A stretch of DNA of 64,000 nt from an uncultured Dehalococcoidales bacterium (GTDB lineage: Bacteria > Chloroflexota > Dehalococcoidia > GIF9 > UBA5629): contig CAYNVO010000001.1 of the NCBI GenBank assembly GCA_964400675.1, positions 267,919 through 331,918 of the forward strand, given 5' to 3'. Shown one piece after another: positions 29,203-40,169 of this stretch (positions are counted from its first letter, which is position 1; the number at the start of each line of letters is the position of its first letter). Below the pieces are notes generated by a model. The model did not search any database, was not told where the DNA came from, and worked only from the letters and a program-made list of their open reading frames with translations. The translations under genes were made by a program, and so were the position numbers.

Positions 29203-29766
29203 TCAACCTCCTTTTCCGGGAGTGTATTTTTGGTATATCGAAATACAGGTGTCACCGTATTGTTTTTCTTTAATTAGAGATAGGCCGTCATAGCTACTTT
29301 GCAGTGGGGAACGGGAAGCATGGGAGATTATGATTAAAGATTCGTCATCTATGATTTCGGAGCTTGCCAGTTGCATTGCCATGTGATTTATTGACTGGTC
29401 TGAGTAAGGGGGGTCCATAAATATAATATCGTATTTTTCTTCGAGAAAAGTAAGAGACTTAGCTACGCTGCAGCAGTATACATGAGATTGCTGCGTAAAG
29501 CCGAGCTTCTGCAAATTCTGTTTAATGATAGCACAACATTTGGGTGCCTGTTCTACGAAGTCGACCCACTCCGTATCGCGGCTTAAAGCTTCTATGCCCA
29601 GAGCGCCGCTACCGGCAAACAGGTCTAGCCCTCGATAACAGTGGCTGGTGAGAGGGGTAATGATGGAGAAAATAGCTTCTCTGACTCTATCTGTTGTAGG
29701 GCGAACCAAATCGCTCTTAGGCACCTTCAATTGTTGTCCTCTGGCAACGCCGCCTGTAATGCGCAT
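29203..29766 (-). CDS. rsmD: 16S rRNA (guanine966-N2)-methyltransferase RsmD
   Basis: MRITGG...KG N-terminus, DLFAGSGALGIEALSR motif I and DPPY motif IV. The track ORF has 9 extra N-terminal codons. Confidence 0.85.
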   Translation of the reverse strand: MRITGGVARGQQLKVPKSDLVRPTTDRVREAIFSIITPLTSHCYRGLDLFAGSGALGIEALSRDTEWVDFVEQAPKCCAIIKQNLQKLGFTQQSHVYCCSVAKSLTFLEEKYDIIFMDPPYSDQSINHMAMQLASSEIIDDESLIIISHASRSPLQSSYDGLSLIKEKQYGDTCISIYQKYTPGKGG

Positions 29767-30018
29767 TGTTTCTTCACCAGCATTATTATACATTGACTTA
29801 TTCTATAGTCAAGCTTGCTTCTTGGAAATCATACCGGCATTTGGATTGGAGGGTCTGGATTCGCTTTGCCTCCGCGCAGAATAAAATTTACGGGCACTGC
29901 AATAAGGCGTTGTCTTTTCCTGGGTGTGTATGCTATACTTTCGGACGGCATTTTAATACCCTGCGAGAAGAGCGAAGCTAATCTATTACGGACAACTAGG
30001 ATAGGGGGACCTGAATAA

Positions 30019-30390
30019 TTGCTAGCTGATTTCGGTTATATTGGTATACTGCTCATCGTAGGTATACTGTTCATGGTTACCACCTTGCTTCTACCTTTCA
30101 CTCTTAGCTTTTTCAAAATCGTCCCCAAGAAAAGCAATCCGACCAAGGCCTCAACTTATGAGTGCGGTATGGAAACTATTGGCAAGACCTGGGTTCAATT
30201 CAATTTCCGCTATTATTTCTTTGCTATACTTTTCGTTGCGCTCGACGTGTTAACTGTTTTTTTGTATCCCTGGGCAGTAAATGCTAAAGGGCTGGGTGTG
30301 TTTGGGCTGATTGCTGTGTTCGTTTTCTTCGTAATTCTCATGGTGGGTTATATTTATGCTTGGCTAAAAGGAGCCCTGGAATGGAAATAG
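30019..30390 (+). CDS. nuoA: NADH-quinone oxidoreductase subunit A
   Basis: Three-TM protein with the YECGME motif. Confidence 0.9.
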   Translation: MLADFGYIGILLIVGILFMVTTLLLPFTLSFFKIVPKKSNPTKASTYECGMETIGKTWVQFNFRYYFFAILFVALDVLTVFLYPWAVNAKGLGVFGLIAVFVFFVILMVGYIYAWLKGALEWK

Positions 30391-30971
30391 AAAAATATTC
30401 GATGACACCGTTGAATGAGATTGATGCCGCTGAGGGCTTAAGGATTAACTCGCTCATGGCAGCTTCCCGATATCCTATCCCCGACCCTGATAGCTGGCTC
30501 GATGAGGAAATCAGCCGTAATGTTCTTGTTACTACGGTGGACTATGTGCTTGATTGGGCACGGTCGCGGTCGATATTTCCGCTTATGTTCGGATTGGCCT
30601 GCTGCGCATTTGAGATGATTGGTACGGCGGCTTCGCGTTTCGATATCGCTCGCTTCGGTATGGATATTTTCCGCTGGTCGCCTCGTCAGGCTGACCTGAT
30701 GATTGTCGCCGGAACGCTTACCTGGAAGATGGCACCGGCGGTGAAACTGGTATACGAGCAGATGCCTGAACCTAAATGGGTGATAGCTATGGGTCAGTGC
30801 TCCATCAGCGGCGGGCCCTTCAAGGAGTCATACAGTGTTGTCCCGGGCATCAATCGTATAATTCCGGTTGATGTGTATGTGCCTGGGTGTCCACCTCGTC
30901 CTGAGAGCTTACTTTATGGCATAACTAAGATACATCAGAAAATCGTCAAGGAGAGTATAAAGAAAGCGTGA
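30360..30971 (+). CDS. nuoB: NADH-quinone oxidoreductase subunit B
   Basis: CCAFEM...[10 protein letters not shown]...PGCPPRPE (N2 cluster cysteines). Confidence 0.95.
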   Translation: MAKRSPGMEIEKYSMTPLNEIDAAEGLRINSLMAASRYPIPDPDSWLDEEISRNVLVTTVDYVLDWARSRSIFPLMFGLACCAFEMIGTAASRFDIARFGMDIFRWSPRQADLMIVAGTLTWKMAPAVKLVYEQMPEPKWVIAMGQCSISGGPFKESYSVVPGINRIIPVDVYVPGCPPRPESLLYGITKIHQKIVKESIKKA

Positions 30972-31408
30972 CCACAGCCTTAAATTGTGAGCAGGTAGCC
31001 AAAAAAATAGTCAAGGCGTCCCCGGGTGCAGTTGTTGCTGCTGATAGCGCGGCTATCGTGGTCAAGGGTGAGTCTCTTTATCAGGTAGCGGAGTTTTTGA
31101 AGAATACGCCGACCCTTGATTTCGACTATCTTGCAAACTTAACTGCCATCGATTATATGGATTATTTTGAGGTTATTTATAATTTAGTTTCATTGAAACA
31201 TAACCACAGCCTGGTTTTGAAGACCAGATGCCGTGACCGTGACAACCCTGTAGTGCCGTCAGTGGTCAGTTTATGGCGCTCTGCTGATTTTCAGGAGCGG
31301 GAAATCTATGACCTTATGGGTATCGTCTTCGATGGACATCCTAATTTGAAGCGCTTGTTGCTCTGGGAAGGATTTGTTGGGCATCCGCTGCGGAGGGACT
31401 ATCTATAG
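30968..31408 (+). CDS. nuoC: NADH-quinone oxidoreductase subunit C (30 kDa)
   Basis: Position in the operon and a conserved C-terminal ...[16 protein letters not shown]. Confidence 0.85.
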   Translation: MTTALNCEQVAKKIVKASPGAVVAADSAAIVVKGESLYQVAEFLKNTPTLDFDYLANLTAIDYMDYFEVIYNLVSLKHNHSLVLKTRCRDRDNPVVPSVVSLWRSADFQEREIYDLMGIVFDGHPNLKRLLLWEGFVGHPLRRDYL

Positions 31409-32512
31409 ATGGCGATAAGAACTGAGCCTTTTATTCTTAATATGGGACCTCAGCACCCATCAACTCATGGTGTCTTTCGCATGAGGGTTACCCTTGATGG
31501 TGAGGTGGTTGTTGATTTGGAACCTGTTATCGGTTACCTTCATCGGGGCATCGAGAAGCTGGGAGAGACCAGGACGTATACCCAAATAATACCTCTAACC
31601 GACAGACTTGACTATGTAGCCTCCATGACTAACAACTTTGCCTATGTACTGGCGGTGGAAAAGTTGGCAGGGATAGAGATTCCGGAGCGGGCTGAGTACC
31701 TCAGGATTATTATGGCTGAGACGATGCGCATTTCCAGCCATCTTATGGCAGTCGGTTTTTTCCTTAATGACCTTGGGGCTATGATGACGCCAGTATTATA
31801 TATGTGGAGGGAGAGGGAAAAGCTTCTGGATTTGTATGAGATGGTTTGCGGTCAGCGGCTTACTTACAATTATATGCGCATCGGTGGAGTTAGCCAAGAT
31901 GTCCCCGAAGAATTTATGCCGGCTATGAAGAAGTGGGTGGCTGAGATGCCGCGGTTTATTGATGAATATGACCAGCTTTTGGCTCAGAATGAGATTCTAT
32001 TGGCAAGGACCAAAGGCGTTTGCATTTTGCCCAGAGACACAGCCATAAACATTGCAGCCAGTGGCCCGGTGCTTCGAGCCAGCGGTGTGAAGTGGGACCT
32101 GCGTAAGGCTGACTCTTATTCCATCTATGACCGCTTTGATTTTGAGGTACCGGTAGGCACTGTAGGCGATAACTATGACCGGTACTGGGTGAGAATGCAG
32201 GAGGCTAGACAGAGCGTTCGTATTTTGGAACAGGCAATAGCGCAGCTTCCTGAAGGTGAGGTTTGTGCTAAAGTGCCTCACTTGCTCCGCCCGCCGGTCG
32301 GTGAAGTCTACGGACATATAGAAGCACCGAAGGGTGAGCTTGGCTTCTATCTGGTAAGCGATAATTCTATAGCCCCTTATAGATTTCATATACGTCCGCC
32401 AACGCTGATTAATCTGACCGCCTTGAAGGACATGGTTATCGGCTGGAAAGTGGCCGACTTGATAATTACCTTCGGTAGTATTGATGTTTGTCTGGGGGAG
32501 ATAGACCGGTAA
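31409..32512 (+). CDS. nuoD: NADH-quinone oxidoreductase subunit D (49 kDa)
   Basis: MNFGPQHPSTHGVFR-type N-terminus; C-terminal ...GEIDR. Confidence 0.95.
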   Translation: MAIRTEPFILNMGPQHPSTHGVFRMRVTLDGEVVVDLEPVIGYLHRGIEKLGETRTYTQIIPLTDRLDYVASMTNNFAYVLAVEKLAGIEIPERAEYLRIIMAETMRISSHLMAVGFFLNDLGAMMTPVLYMWREREKLLDLYEMVCGQRLTYNYMRIGGVSQDVPEEFMPAMKKWVAEMPRFIDEYDQLLAQNEILLARTKGVCILPRDTAINIAASGPVLRASGVKWDLRKADSYSIYDRFDFEVPVGTVGDNYDRYWVRMQEARQSVRILEQAIAQLPEGEVCAKVPHLLRPPVGEVYGHIEAPKGELGFYLVSDNSIAPYRFHIRPPTLINLTALKDMVIGWKVADLIITFGSIDVCLGEIDR

Positions 32513-33621
32513 TGACGTTACTGGAACAATTCCAATTGTGGTTAGGCGGTATCTGGCCGGGTTGGGCAGCCTATATCGTGCCGGGTATAGTCGGCATAGT
32601 GATTGTTCTTGCCTTTGTTGTGATTACGGTTATTGTTTTTATTTGGTATGAACGGCGTCTGCTGGGGCGTTTTCAAATCCGTCTGGGCCCCAACCGGCTT
32701 GGGCCAGAGGGGATTTTCCAGCCTATTGCCACGGCTTTGAAGATATTGTTGAAAGAAGACATCATACCGGCTAAGGGTGATAAGGTGATTCACTGGCTGG
32801 CTCCCGTGATAGTCTTTGTGCCGGTGTTGATGGTTTTTGCTGTTGTCCCCTTTGGCGAGGGGGCTATCTTAACCGACCTTAATGTGGGCATACTTTATGT
32901 GGTGGCAATCAGCTCAGTATCTGCCGTGGGTATATACATGGCAGGGTGGGCGTCAAATAATAAGTACGCTTTGATAGCAGCCTTAAGGACAGTGGCTCAA
33001 ATGGTGAGCTATGAGCTGCCGGTGGTTCTAGCCATTCTGGGTGTGGTGTTGATGGCCGGGTCGATGTCGATGACTCAAATTGTGGCTTCTCAAAATCTTC
33101 CTTTCATCGTATTGCAGCCTCTTGGATTTGTTATCTTTTTCCTCGGTACGGTGGCTGAGATGAATCGGAGCCCATTTGACCTTCTTGAGGCAGATTCTGA
33201 AATTGTCGCCGGCTACCATATCGAGTATTCCGGAATGAAATTTGCCATGTTTTATCTCGGAGAATACGGTCATGCTCTGGCTTATGCCTGTATTATCTCA
33301 ACATTGTTCCTTGGGGGTTGGCAGGGTCCCTTTTTGCCTCCGATCATATGGTTTCTGATTAAAGTCGTGGCGGTGTTTTCCGTTATTGTATGGATGCGGG
33401 CTACTCTCCCCAGATTGCGTGTTGACCAGTTAATGGCTTTTGCATGGAAGGGTCTGCTGCCTATGTCCATAATTAACCTGTTTATCATCGCTGCCGAGGT
33501 GTTGTGGCTACAGGAAATTACGCCCTGGATAATAGTGGCAATGAACTTTGTTTTTGCAGGAGTTCTAATAGTTCTATGGTCGAAGCTGTTTACTTTAGGA
33601 GGCGGCCGAGTTGAAGTTTGA
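32488..33621 (+). CDS. nuoH: NADH-quinone oxidoreductase subunit H
   Basis: Polytopic membrane protein with the NuoH/ND1 signature (RLGPNRLGP..., EYSGMKFA). Confidence 0.95.
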   Translation: MSGGDRPVMTLLEQFQLWLGGIWPGWAAYIVPGIVGIVIVLAFVVITVIVFIWYERRLLGRFQIRLGPNRLGPEGIFQPIATALKILLKEDIIPAKGDKVIHWLAPVIVFVPVLMVFAVVPFGEGAILTDLNVGILYVVAISSVSAVGIYMAGWASNNKYALIAALRTVAQMVSYELPVVLAILGVVLMAGSMSMTQIVASQNLPFIVLQPLGFVIFFLGTVAEMNRSPFDLLEADSEIVAGYHIEYSGMKFAMFYLGEYGHALAYACIISTLFLGGWQGPFLPPIIWFLIKVVAVFSVIVWMRATLPRLRVDQLMAFAWKGLLPMSIINLFIIAAEVLWLQEITPWIIVAMNFVFAGVLIVLWSKLFTLGGGRVEV

Positions 33622-34156
33622 AAGATATGGGATCGGCATAGCTAAGGGAATGGCGTTAACCTTCAAGCACCTGTTCCGCGCCCCGATTACGGTGCAGTAT
33701 CCTGAGGAAAAGCTAGTTGTTTCCCGGCGCATACGAGGCAATGAGCTGGTGTGGTTTCTTGATAGATGTACCGGCTGTGCTACCTGTGCCAAGGCATGTC
33801 CTCAAGGGAATATTGAGATTGTCACCCACGTAGGCAAGGAGAATAACTATGTGGTTGATAAGTTTGAGATAGATACCGGGCGTTGTATGTTCTGTGGCTT
33901 ATGTGTTGAGGCTTGTCCATACGATGCCCTGGCTATGGGGCGCAGTTATGAGCGGGCGCAGTATATACGGAGACAGCTAGTTTTAGCCAAAGAAGATCTC
34001 CAGTTATCTGATATGAGGCAACCCAGTGGTTATGCTCGACCAAAGATTGAGGCAACTCTACCTAAACAGAATTTGCTCGTTTACTGGGACAGAGATGAAG
34101 ATGGGCAGAAATTGAGCTGGCTGAGTTTGAGCAAGAAGAGAGGTCGCGGTGTTTGA
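33611..34156 (+). CDS. nuoI: NADH-quinone oxidoreductase subunit I (2 x 4Fe-4S)
   Basis: CTGCATCAKACP and CMFCGLCVEACP motifs. Confidence 0.95.
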   Translation: MKFERYGIGIAKGMALTFKHLFRAPITVQYPEEKLVVSRRIRGNELVWFLDRCTGCATCAKACPQGNIEIVTHVGKENNYVVDKFEIDTGRCMFCGLCVEACPYDALAMGRSYERAQYIRRQLVLAKEDLQLSDMRQPSGYARPKIEATLPKQNLLVYWDRDEDGQKLSWLSLSKKRGRGV

Positions 34157-34634
34157 TATCGTCTTCTGGATATTAGCGCTGGTGACTATAGGCGCAGCAT
34201 TAGCTGTCGTTATTTTGCGTGATGTCTTTCGGGCGGCTCTTTCTCTGGTTCTGCTTTTCTTGGCTATAGCTGTGATTTATATAACTCTTTACGCAGACTT
34301 TCTGGCGGTTGTGCAGGTACTCATTTATGTGGGGGCTATATCGATATTGATTATTGTGGCGATCATGCTTACGCGTGAAGTTTGGCACGGTAGTCCAGCA
34401 GGCAAGCTGCGCATTCCTGCCCTGGTGGTGAGCTTGTTGTTTTTGGGGACAATGGTGTTCACTGTGATAAGTACCAACTGGGAAACAAGTGGTGAGCCGC
34501 CTCTTCAGCCGACAACGGCAGCTATAGGTATGAGTCTCTTTGGCGAGGGCGGCTTTATATTGCCTGTGGAAATTACCGCGGTGTTGCTCTTAGCGGCAGT
34601 GCTGGGTGCAATCGTGCTGATAAGGGAGAAATAA
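34149..34634 (+). CDS. nuoJ: NADH-quinone oxidoreductase subunit J
   Basis: Five-TM protein in operon position J. Confidence 0.85.
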   Translation: MFDIVFWILALVTIGAALAVVILRDVFRAALSLVLLFLAIAVIYITLYADFLAVVQVLIYVGAISILIIVAIMLTREVWHGSPAGKLRIPALVVSLLFLGTMVFTVISTNWETSGEPPLQPTTAAIGMSLFGEGGFILPVEITAVLLLAAVLGAIVLIREK

Positions 34635-34636
34635 GG

Positions 34637-34948
34637 ATGTCAGTTGGACTAGAGCATTATCTTGTTTTATCAGCGGTTCTTTTCTCCATCGGGTTATATG
34701 GAGTTCTGGCTAAGCGTAATGCCGTGGTCATTTTGATGTGTATTGAAATCATGCTCAATGCGGTGAATATCGCGCTGGTTGCTTTTTCCAGATACGTTGT
34801 GCCTATGTTTCTTACCGGACAGATATTTGCCATATTTGTAATAGTGGTGGCTGCGGCCGAAGCTGCTGTTGGTATAGCTATAATAATCGCTATCTATCGC
34901 AGTCGTCAGTCTGTTGACGTGAATAAATTCGACTTGATGAAATGGTAG
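34637..34948 (+). CDS. nuoK: NADH-quinone oxidoreductase subunit K
   Basis: 103 aa, three [13 protein letters not shown] motif with a conserved Glu. Confidence 0.9.
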   Translation: MSVGLEHYLVLSAVLFSIGLYGVLAKRNAVVILMCIEIMLNAVNIALVAFSRYVVPMFLTGQIFAIFVIVVAAAEAAVGIAIIIAIYRSRQSVDVNKFDLMKW

Positions 34949-34959
34949 TGAGCTGAGAT

Positions 34960-35157
34960 ATGTGGATTCAGGTTAAGAGCGCACCTAATATTATAGTAGC
35001 TGAGATGTGGAAGGACTTTTTTGAAGGTGAGGGTATACCAACGCGGATTCTGCCTGACCTGGAGAAAAAGCCAGACAGCGGCGAATTGGCTGCCTACCGC
35101 ATCCTTGTGTCGCAGGAGAGGGTACATGTTGTCGAGGAGGTCTTGAGGAAACTCTAA
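34960..35157 (+). CDS. Small soluble hypothetical protein inserted between nuoK and nuoL
   Basis: 65-aa ORF; its stop overlaps the nuoL start (ATGA); no TM. Confidence 0.45.
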   Translation: MWIQVKSAPNIIVAEMWKDFFEGEGIPTRILPDLEKKPDSGELAAYRILVSQERVHVVEEVLRKL

Positions 35158-37073
35158 TGCCACATCAAGTTCCCTGGTTAATATTTCTATTGCCCTTTTT
35201 CTCGCTTATCATTATTTCTTTTGTGCTAAGGCCTTTCTTTAATAATCGCCCGAAGCTCGGTGGCTATGTAACCATCGGTGCTATTGGAATTTCTTTTATC
35301 CTCTCTTTGTGGGTGCTGGCTGAGGTTTTGGCTGTGCCCGGTCATAAGCTGGACATACCCGATATACAGTGGGTGGTGATTGTTGACCTGAGTGTTCAGA
35401 TTGGGCTATTAGTTGATTCTCTGACTGCGGTCATGCTGGTGGTGGTCACCCTGGTCAGCCTGATGGTTCAAATTTATTCTCAAGGCTATATGCATGGTGA
35501 CCCGGGCTACCATCGCTATTTTGCTTTCATGTCTCTTTTCACAGCCTGTATGCTGGGCTTGGTTATGGCCGATAACCTGGTCTTCATGTTTCTATTCTGG
35601 GAGGGTGTCGGCTTGGGGTCCTATCTGCTCATCGGTTTCTGGTTTCATCGGCCTTCTGCTGCCAATGCAGCTAAGAAGGCTTTCATCGTTACCCGCTTTG
35701 GAGATTTCGGTTTTCTGGCGGCTATACTTTTGCTTTTCTATAATACGGGAACCTTCAATATTGAGGAGCTGCACGGATTAGCTATCGCTGGTGTTTTAGC
35801 CGGGACAACTTTAACCTGGGCTGCCATCGGTATTTTCTCCGGTGCTGTTGGCAAATCAGCGCAGTTCCCCTTGCACGTCTGGCTGCCTGATGCCATGGAA
35901 GGCCCTACACCGGTCAGTGCCCTCATACACGCAGCGACGATGGTGGCTGCCGGAGTATTCCTGGTGGCTCGCATGTTCCCGCTGTTCGAGCATTCCCATG
36001 AGGCTTTAACTACGGTAGCTGTCATCGGTGGTTTTACAGCTATTTTCGCTGCCAGCATGGGTCTGGTGATGACTGATATCAAGCGTGTCCTGGCTTATTC
36101 CACTATCAGCCAGCTAGGCTACATGATGCTGGGTCTGGGTGTTGGCGGCGTTGGTGTTGGAATCTTCCACCTGTTCAATCATGCCTTCTTCAAGGCTCTA
36201 TTGTTTCTTGGTGCCGGGAGTGTTAATCACAGCACGGGAACTTTCGATATGCGGGAGATGGGTGGCTTGCGCAAAGCAATGCCATGGACTTATGCTACTT
36301 TCCTCATTGCCTCATTGAGTCTAGCCGGTATCTGGCCACTTTCGGGCTTCTGGAGTAAGGACGAAATTCTGGTATATTCCTTTGCCAACAACCAGATATT
36401 GTTTTATCTGGCTATGATTACGGTATTTATGACGGCTTTCTACATGTTCCGAGCCATATTCCTTACCTTTGGTGGCGAGTATCGGGGTGGAGCCGCATCA
36501 AGTCATGGCGGTCATGGGGGCACGAAGCTTCATGAATCACCGTGGGTAATGGTTGTTCCCATGGTCATTCTGGCTGTTTTATCGGTTGTCTCTGGATGGG
36601 TCAATGTTACCGGCTCATTCAGCCAGTTTCTGGGTCATGGTGGACCTGTTGAAGCACACAGTTTCATTGGTGGCCTCTTCGGTATGCTGACACATCCGCT
36701 GCCTTTGATATCGTTGCTGGTGGCAGGCTTAGGTATTTTCCTGGCTTATGCTATGTATAGCGCTAAGTGGCTTTCAGCTGAAGTTGTGGGCAGGGTTTTC
36801 AAGCCGTTGCACACCTTATTTTATCGAAAATACTGGTTCGATGAACTTTATGAGCGAGTGATTGTGGTAAGGGTGCTGGTTGATGGTATTTTTGCAGCTC
36901 TCAGCATCTTTGACTCTCGTGTTGTTGATGGAGCGGTGAACGGTGTGGCCAGAGGCACTAATGAAGCTAGTGGAGTTATGCGACGGGCGCAGACAGGGCA
37001 GTTACAGGCTTATGGCATAGCTATTGCTATAGGTGTGATAGCGATTGCAGTCTGTTTTTATCTTTTTGGTTGA
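35157..37073 (+). CDS. nuoL: NADH-quinone oxidoreductase subunit L
   Basis: 638-aa antiporter-like subunit (FHLFNHAFFKALLFL...). Confidence 0.95.
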   Translation: MPHQVPWLIFLLPFFSLIIISFVLRPFFNNRPKLGGYVTIGAIGISFILSLWVLAEVLAVPGHKLDIPDIQWVVIVDLSVQIGLLVDSLTAVMLVVVTLVSLMVQIYSQGYMHGDPGYHRYFAFMSLFTACMLGLVMADNLVFMFLFWEGVGLGSYLLIGFWFHRPSAANAAKKAFIVTRFGDFGFLAAILLLFYNTGTFNIEELHGLAIAGVLAGTTLTWAAIGIFSGAVGKSAQFPLHVWLPDAMEGPTPVSALIHAATMVAAGVFLVARMFPLFEHSHEALTTVAVIGGFTAIFAASMGLVMTDIKRVLAYSTISQLGYMMLGLGVGGVGVGIFHLFNHAFFKALLFLGAGSVNHSTGTFDMREMGGLRKAMPWTYATFLIASLSLAGIWPLSGFWSKDEILVYSFANNQILFYLAMITVFMTAFYMFRAIFLTFGGEYRGGAASSHGGHGGTKLHESPWVMVVPMVILAVLSVVSGWVNVTGSFSQFLGHGGPVEAHSFIGGLFGMLTHPLPLISLLVAGLGIFLAYAMYSAKWLSAEVVGRVFKPLHTLFYRKYWFDELYERVIVVRVLVDGIFAALSIFDSRVVDGAVNGVARGTNEASGVMRRAQTGQLQAYGIAIAIGVIAIAVCFYLFG

Positions 37074-37084
37074 GGTAGAGAGAT

Positions 37085-38572
37085 TTGAGTTTTCCTTATC
37101 TATCAGCAATACTCTTTCTCCCGGTAGTCGGGATAATAGTTATTGCCTTATTACCTAAACCGCAACAAAGGACTATAAAGCTTATAGCCCTGATATTCAC
37201 ACTGGCTTCGTTTGCCCTGTCAATTGCTGTCTTCTGTCTCTTTGACCGTTCTGCTGGCTTCATCGGGCAGATTCAATTTCAGGAGCAGCTCTCCTGGATT
37301 CCGGCAATCAATGCCTTCTACCATCTCGGCGTCGATGGCCTCAGCTTGCCTCTGGTTATATTGATGACGTTCCTCGGCGTATTGGCAGTGCTGGTGTCGT
37401 GGAATATACAGTTGAGGCCTAAGGAATATTTCATCTGGTTACTGCTTTTGGAGACGAGCATACTCGGGGTCTTTTGCTCACTGGACATGGTTCTGTTCTT
37501 CCTCTTCTGGGAACTGGAGCTTATCCCGATGTATTTCCTCATCTCTGTATGGGGTGGTGGCAGAAAAGAGTATTCAGCCATCAAATACGTCATATACACA
37601 CTGGTTGGCAGCGCTATGATGCTGGCTGGAATTTTGAGCATTTATTTCACCACTGGCAGCCTGAATATGATGGAGCTGGCAGGTCTGGATGCAGCCAGGC
37701 CGTTTATCCCGTTAGCGGCAATGTTCTTCTTGATGCTGGTTGGTTTTGCCATTAAGCTGCCGGTGTTTCCGTTGCATACATGGTTGCCCGATGCTCATAC
37801 TGATGCTCCCACAGCGGCGAGCGTGATTCTGGCCGGTGCCTTGCTTAAGATGGGCGGCTACGGGATGATTCGTCTTTGTGTCTCTATTTTTCCTGCTGTC
37901 GCCCTGCAGTATGCTCCGTTGCTGACGGCTTTAGCTGCTGTCAGTGTGCTCTATGGAGCGGCGGTGACTTTGAGACAGAAGGACTTGAAACGACTTATCG
38001 CCTACAGTAGCGTTAGCCACATGGGGTATGTGCTTCTTGGTATCTTTGCTTTGACTCAGGTTAGCTTGACCGGTGCTGTTTTGCAGATGTTCAGCCATGG
38101 CATTATCACCGGACTTCTCTTCGCCATGGTGGGACTGGTCTATGATAAAACTCACGATCGCAACCTGGACAATCTGGGTGGACTAGCCCGGCAGATGCCG
38201 GTTATCGTGGTTGTTTTTAGTATCGCCGGTCTGGCGTCTTTAGGGCTGCCGGGTACAAGTGGCTTTGCTGCCGAGTTTATTACCTTTGTAGGTAGCTACT
38301 CCAGTACAGTCGTTGAAGGTATCCGCCTGTACACTCTCCTGGGTGTCTTCGGTATTGTCTTAACTGCGGGCTATATATTATGGATGCTACAGAGAGTTTT
38401 CTACGGTCCTCCACTGGAGAAATTCAATGACGTACCAGACGCAAACAATGTTGAGAAGGTGTGCATTTTCTCTTTTGTTGCTGCCATTATGCTTGTCGGT
38501 ATCTACCCGGCTATTCTGACCAATGTCATCAAGCTGGGGGTTGAACCGGTAATGAGACTGCTAGGTTCGTGA
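37085..38572 (+). CDS. nuoM: NADH-quinone oxidoreductase subunit M
   Basis: Antiporter-like subunit with the TWLPDAHTDAPT motif. Confidence 0.95.
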   Translation: MSFPYLSAILFLPVVGIIVIALLPKPQQRTIKLIALIFTLASFALSIAVFCLFDRSAGFIGQIQFQEQLSWIPAINAFYHLGVDGLSLPLVILMTFLGVLAVLVSWNIQLRPKEYFIWLLLLETSILGVFCSLDMVLFFLFWELELIPMYFLISVWGGGRKEYSAIKYVIYTLVGSAMMLAGILSIYFTTGSLNMMELAGLDAARPFIPLAAMFFLMLVGFAIKLPVFPLHTWLPDAHTDAPTAASVILAGALLKMGGYGMIRLCVSIFPAVALQYAPLLTALAAVSVLYGAAVTLRQKDLKRLIAYSSVSHMGYVLLGIFALTQVSLTGAVLQMFSHGIITGLLFAMVGLVYDKTHDRNLDNLGGLARQMPVIVVVFSIAGLASLGLPGTSGFAAEFITFVGSYSSTVVEGIRLYTLLGVFGIVLTAGYILWMLQRVFYGPPLEKFNDVPDANNVEKVCIFSFVAAIMLVGIYPAILTNVIKLGVEPVMRLLGS

Positions 38573-38590
38573 TGGGGATGGTTTAATTAG

Positions 38591-40063
38591 ATGATGATTA
38601 GTGAACTTCGTTTTTTGGCACCGGAACTCAGTCTGCTGGGTTTCGCCCTCGTGGTAATTCTGGCTGATTTATTCGTCAAGCAGAAGAAAGCCCTGGCTGG
38701 TCTTAGCATTGCTGGCATTGTGGTGTCTGCTGGTTTCACCGTAGCTATGTGGGGCACTCCAGCCACTGACATTTTCTACCGAATGCTGGCGGTGGACAAC
38801 TTTGCTATTTTCTTCAAGCTATTGCTCCTGGTAGCTGCCGGTCTCATCATACTGGCATCTCAGGACTATGTGAGCAAATTCAAGAGATTTCAGGGTGAGT
38901 ACTATGCGCTGGTGCTCATCTCGGCTTTAGGCATGATGCTGCTGGTGGCAGCAGCCGACCTGATTGCCATCTACGTGGCTCTGGAATTGAGCGGCATCTC
39001 TCTATATGTACTGGCCACCTTTTTGAAGGATAAGAAATCGACTGAGGCCGGGCTGAAATACCTGCTTCTGGGTGCTGTTGCCTCGGCAGTGCTTCTTTAT
39101 GGCATGGCTTTGATTTTCGGCTTTACCGGCAGGACTTGCCTGATGTGTATCGCCGAGTATGTGCAGGGGATGCCGGGCGTCGGGCTTCTGAACAACCCGG
39201 CGTTGCTTATGGGCATGGTTCTTCTGGCTGCCGGCTTCGGTTTCAAGATTGCCTGTTTCCCCTTCCAGATGTGGGTGCCCGATGTTTATGAAGGTGCGCC
39301 AACGCCTATTACCGCCTATCTATCTGTAGCCAGCAAGGCGGCAGGCTTTGCCGTTGTACTTCGTGTTTTCCTTGTTGCTCTTGGCTCTCCTGAATGGATT
39401 AGCCTTAACTGGGGCATTTTGTTTGCCGTTTTGAGTGCCATCACCATGACTGTGGGCAATGTGGTGGCTATTCTACAAAGCAATATTAAGCGTATGCTCG
39501 GTTATTCCAGCATTGCTCAAGCTGGCTACCTAATGGTGGGACTGGCGACAGTGGGTATGGCGGCAGGGAATAGTGCTGTGGGGCAAAGCGGGCTGCTTTT
39601 CTTCCTTATGAGCTATGCGGTCACTAATCTGGGAGCTTTTATAGCCATCATAGCTATCTCTAACAAGATTAATAGTGATGAAATCAATGACTATGCCGGC
39701 ATGGGCAAGCGAGCACCGTTTATTGCTCTAGCTCTAACTTTCTGTTTGATTTCCTTAATTGGTCTGCCGCCTACCGCGGGTCTCATTGCCAAGATTTATA
39801 TTTTCAGTGGAGCGGTGCAATATGGCTTGCTGTGGCTTGTTATCGTAGCTGTAATAAATAGTTGCATCTCAGCTTTCTACTATCTGAGGGTGGTCAAGGT
39901 AATGTGGACGGGTGATCCGGCGTCAAAGGTTAAAGAAGTGCCTTCATCGTGGGCATTGCGCGTTGCCTTAGCTCTCTGCTGCCTCTTTGTCCTGCTTCTG
40001 GGTGTTGTACCGGGTGGTTTTGTCGGTATCGCCGAAGCTGCTGTTCGGATTTTAGGTTCGTAA
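38591..40063 (+). CDS. nuoN: NADH-quinone oxidoreductase subunit N
   Basis: Antiporter-like subunit at the last operon position. Confidence 0.9.
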   Translation: MMISELRFLAPELSLLGFALVVILADLFVKQKKALAGLSIAGIVVSAGFTVAMWGTPATDIFYRMLAVDNFAIFFKLLLLVAAGLIILASQDYVSKFKRFQGEYYALVLISALGMMLLVAAADLIAIYVALELSGISLYVLATFLKDKKSTEAGLKYLLLGAVASAVLLYGMALIFGFTGRTCLMCIAEYVQGMPGVGLLNNPALLMGMVLLAAGFGFKIACFPFQMWVPDVYEGAPTPITAYLSVASKAAGFAVVLRVFLVALGSPEWISLNWGILFAVLSAITMTVGNVVAILQSNIKRMLGYSSIAQAGYLMVGLATVGMAAGNSAVGQSGLLFFLMSYAVTNLGAFIAIIAISNKINSDEINDYAGMGKRAPFIALALTFCLISLIGLPPTAGLIAKIYIFSGAVQYGLLWLVIVAVINSCISAFYYLRVVKVMWTGDPASKVKEVPSSWALRVALALCCLFVLLLGVVPGGFVGIAEAAVRILGS

Positions 40064-40169
40064 TCTACCATCTTCATTCCTTCGGAACGTACAGATGTCC
40101 CTTTGATAGCTTTTAATTGTGCAGACTTTCTTGACACCCTTTAGCTGGCGGTGATAGACTCCTGTTGCT

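Noticed and set aside
31997-32389. 130-aa minus-strand ORF
   Set aside because: Embedded antisense within nuoD, which has unambiguous homology.
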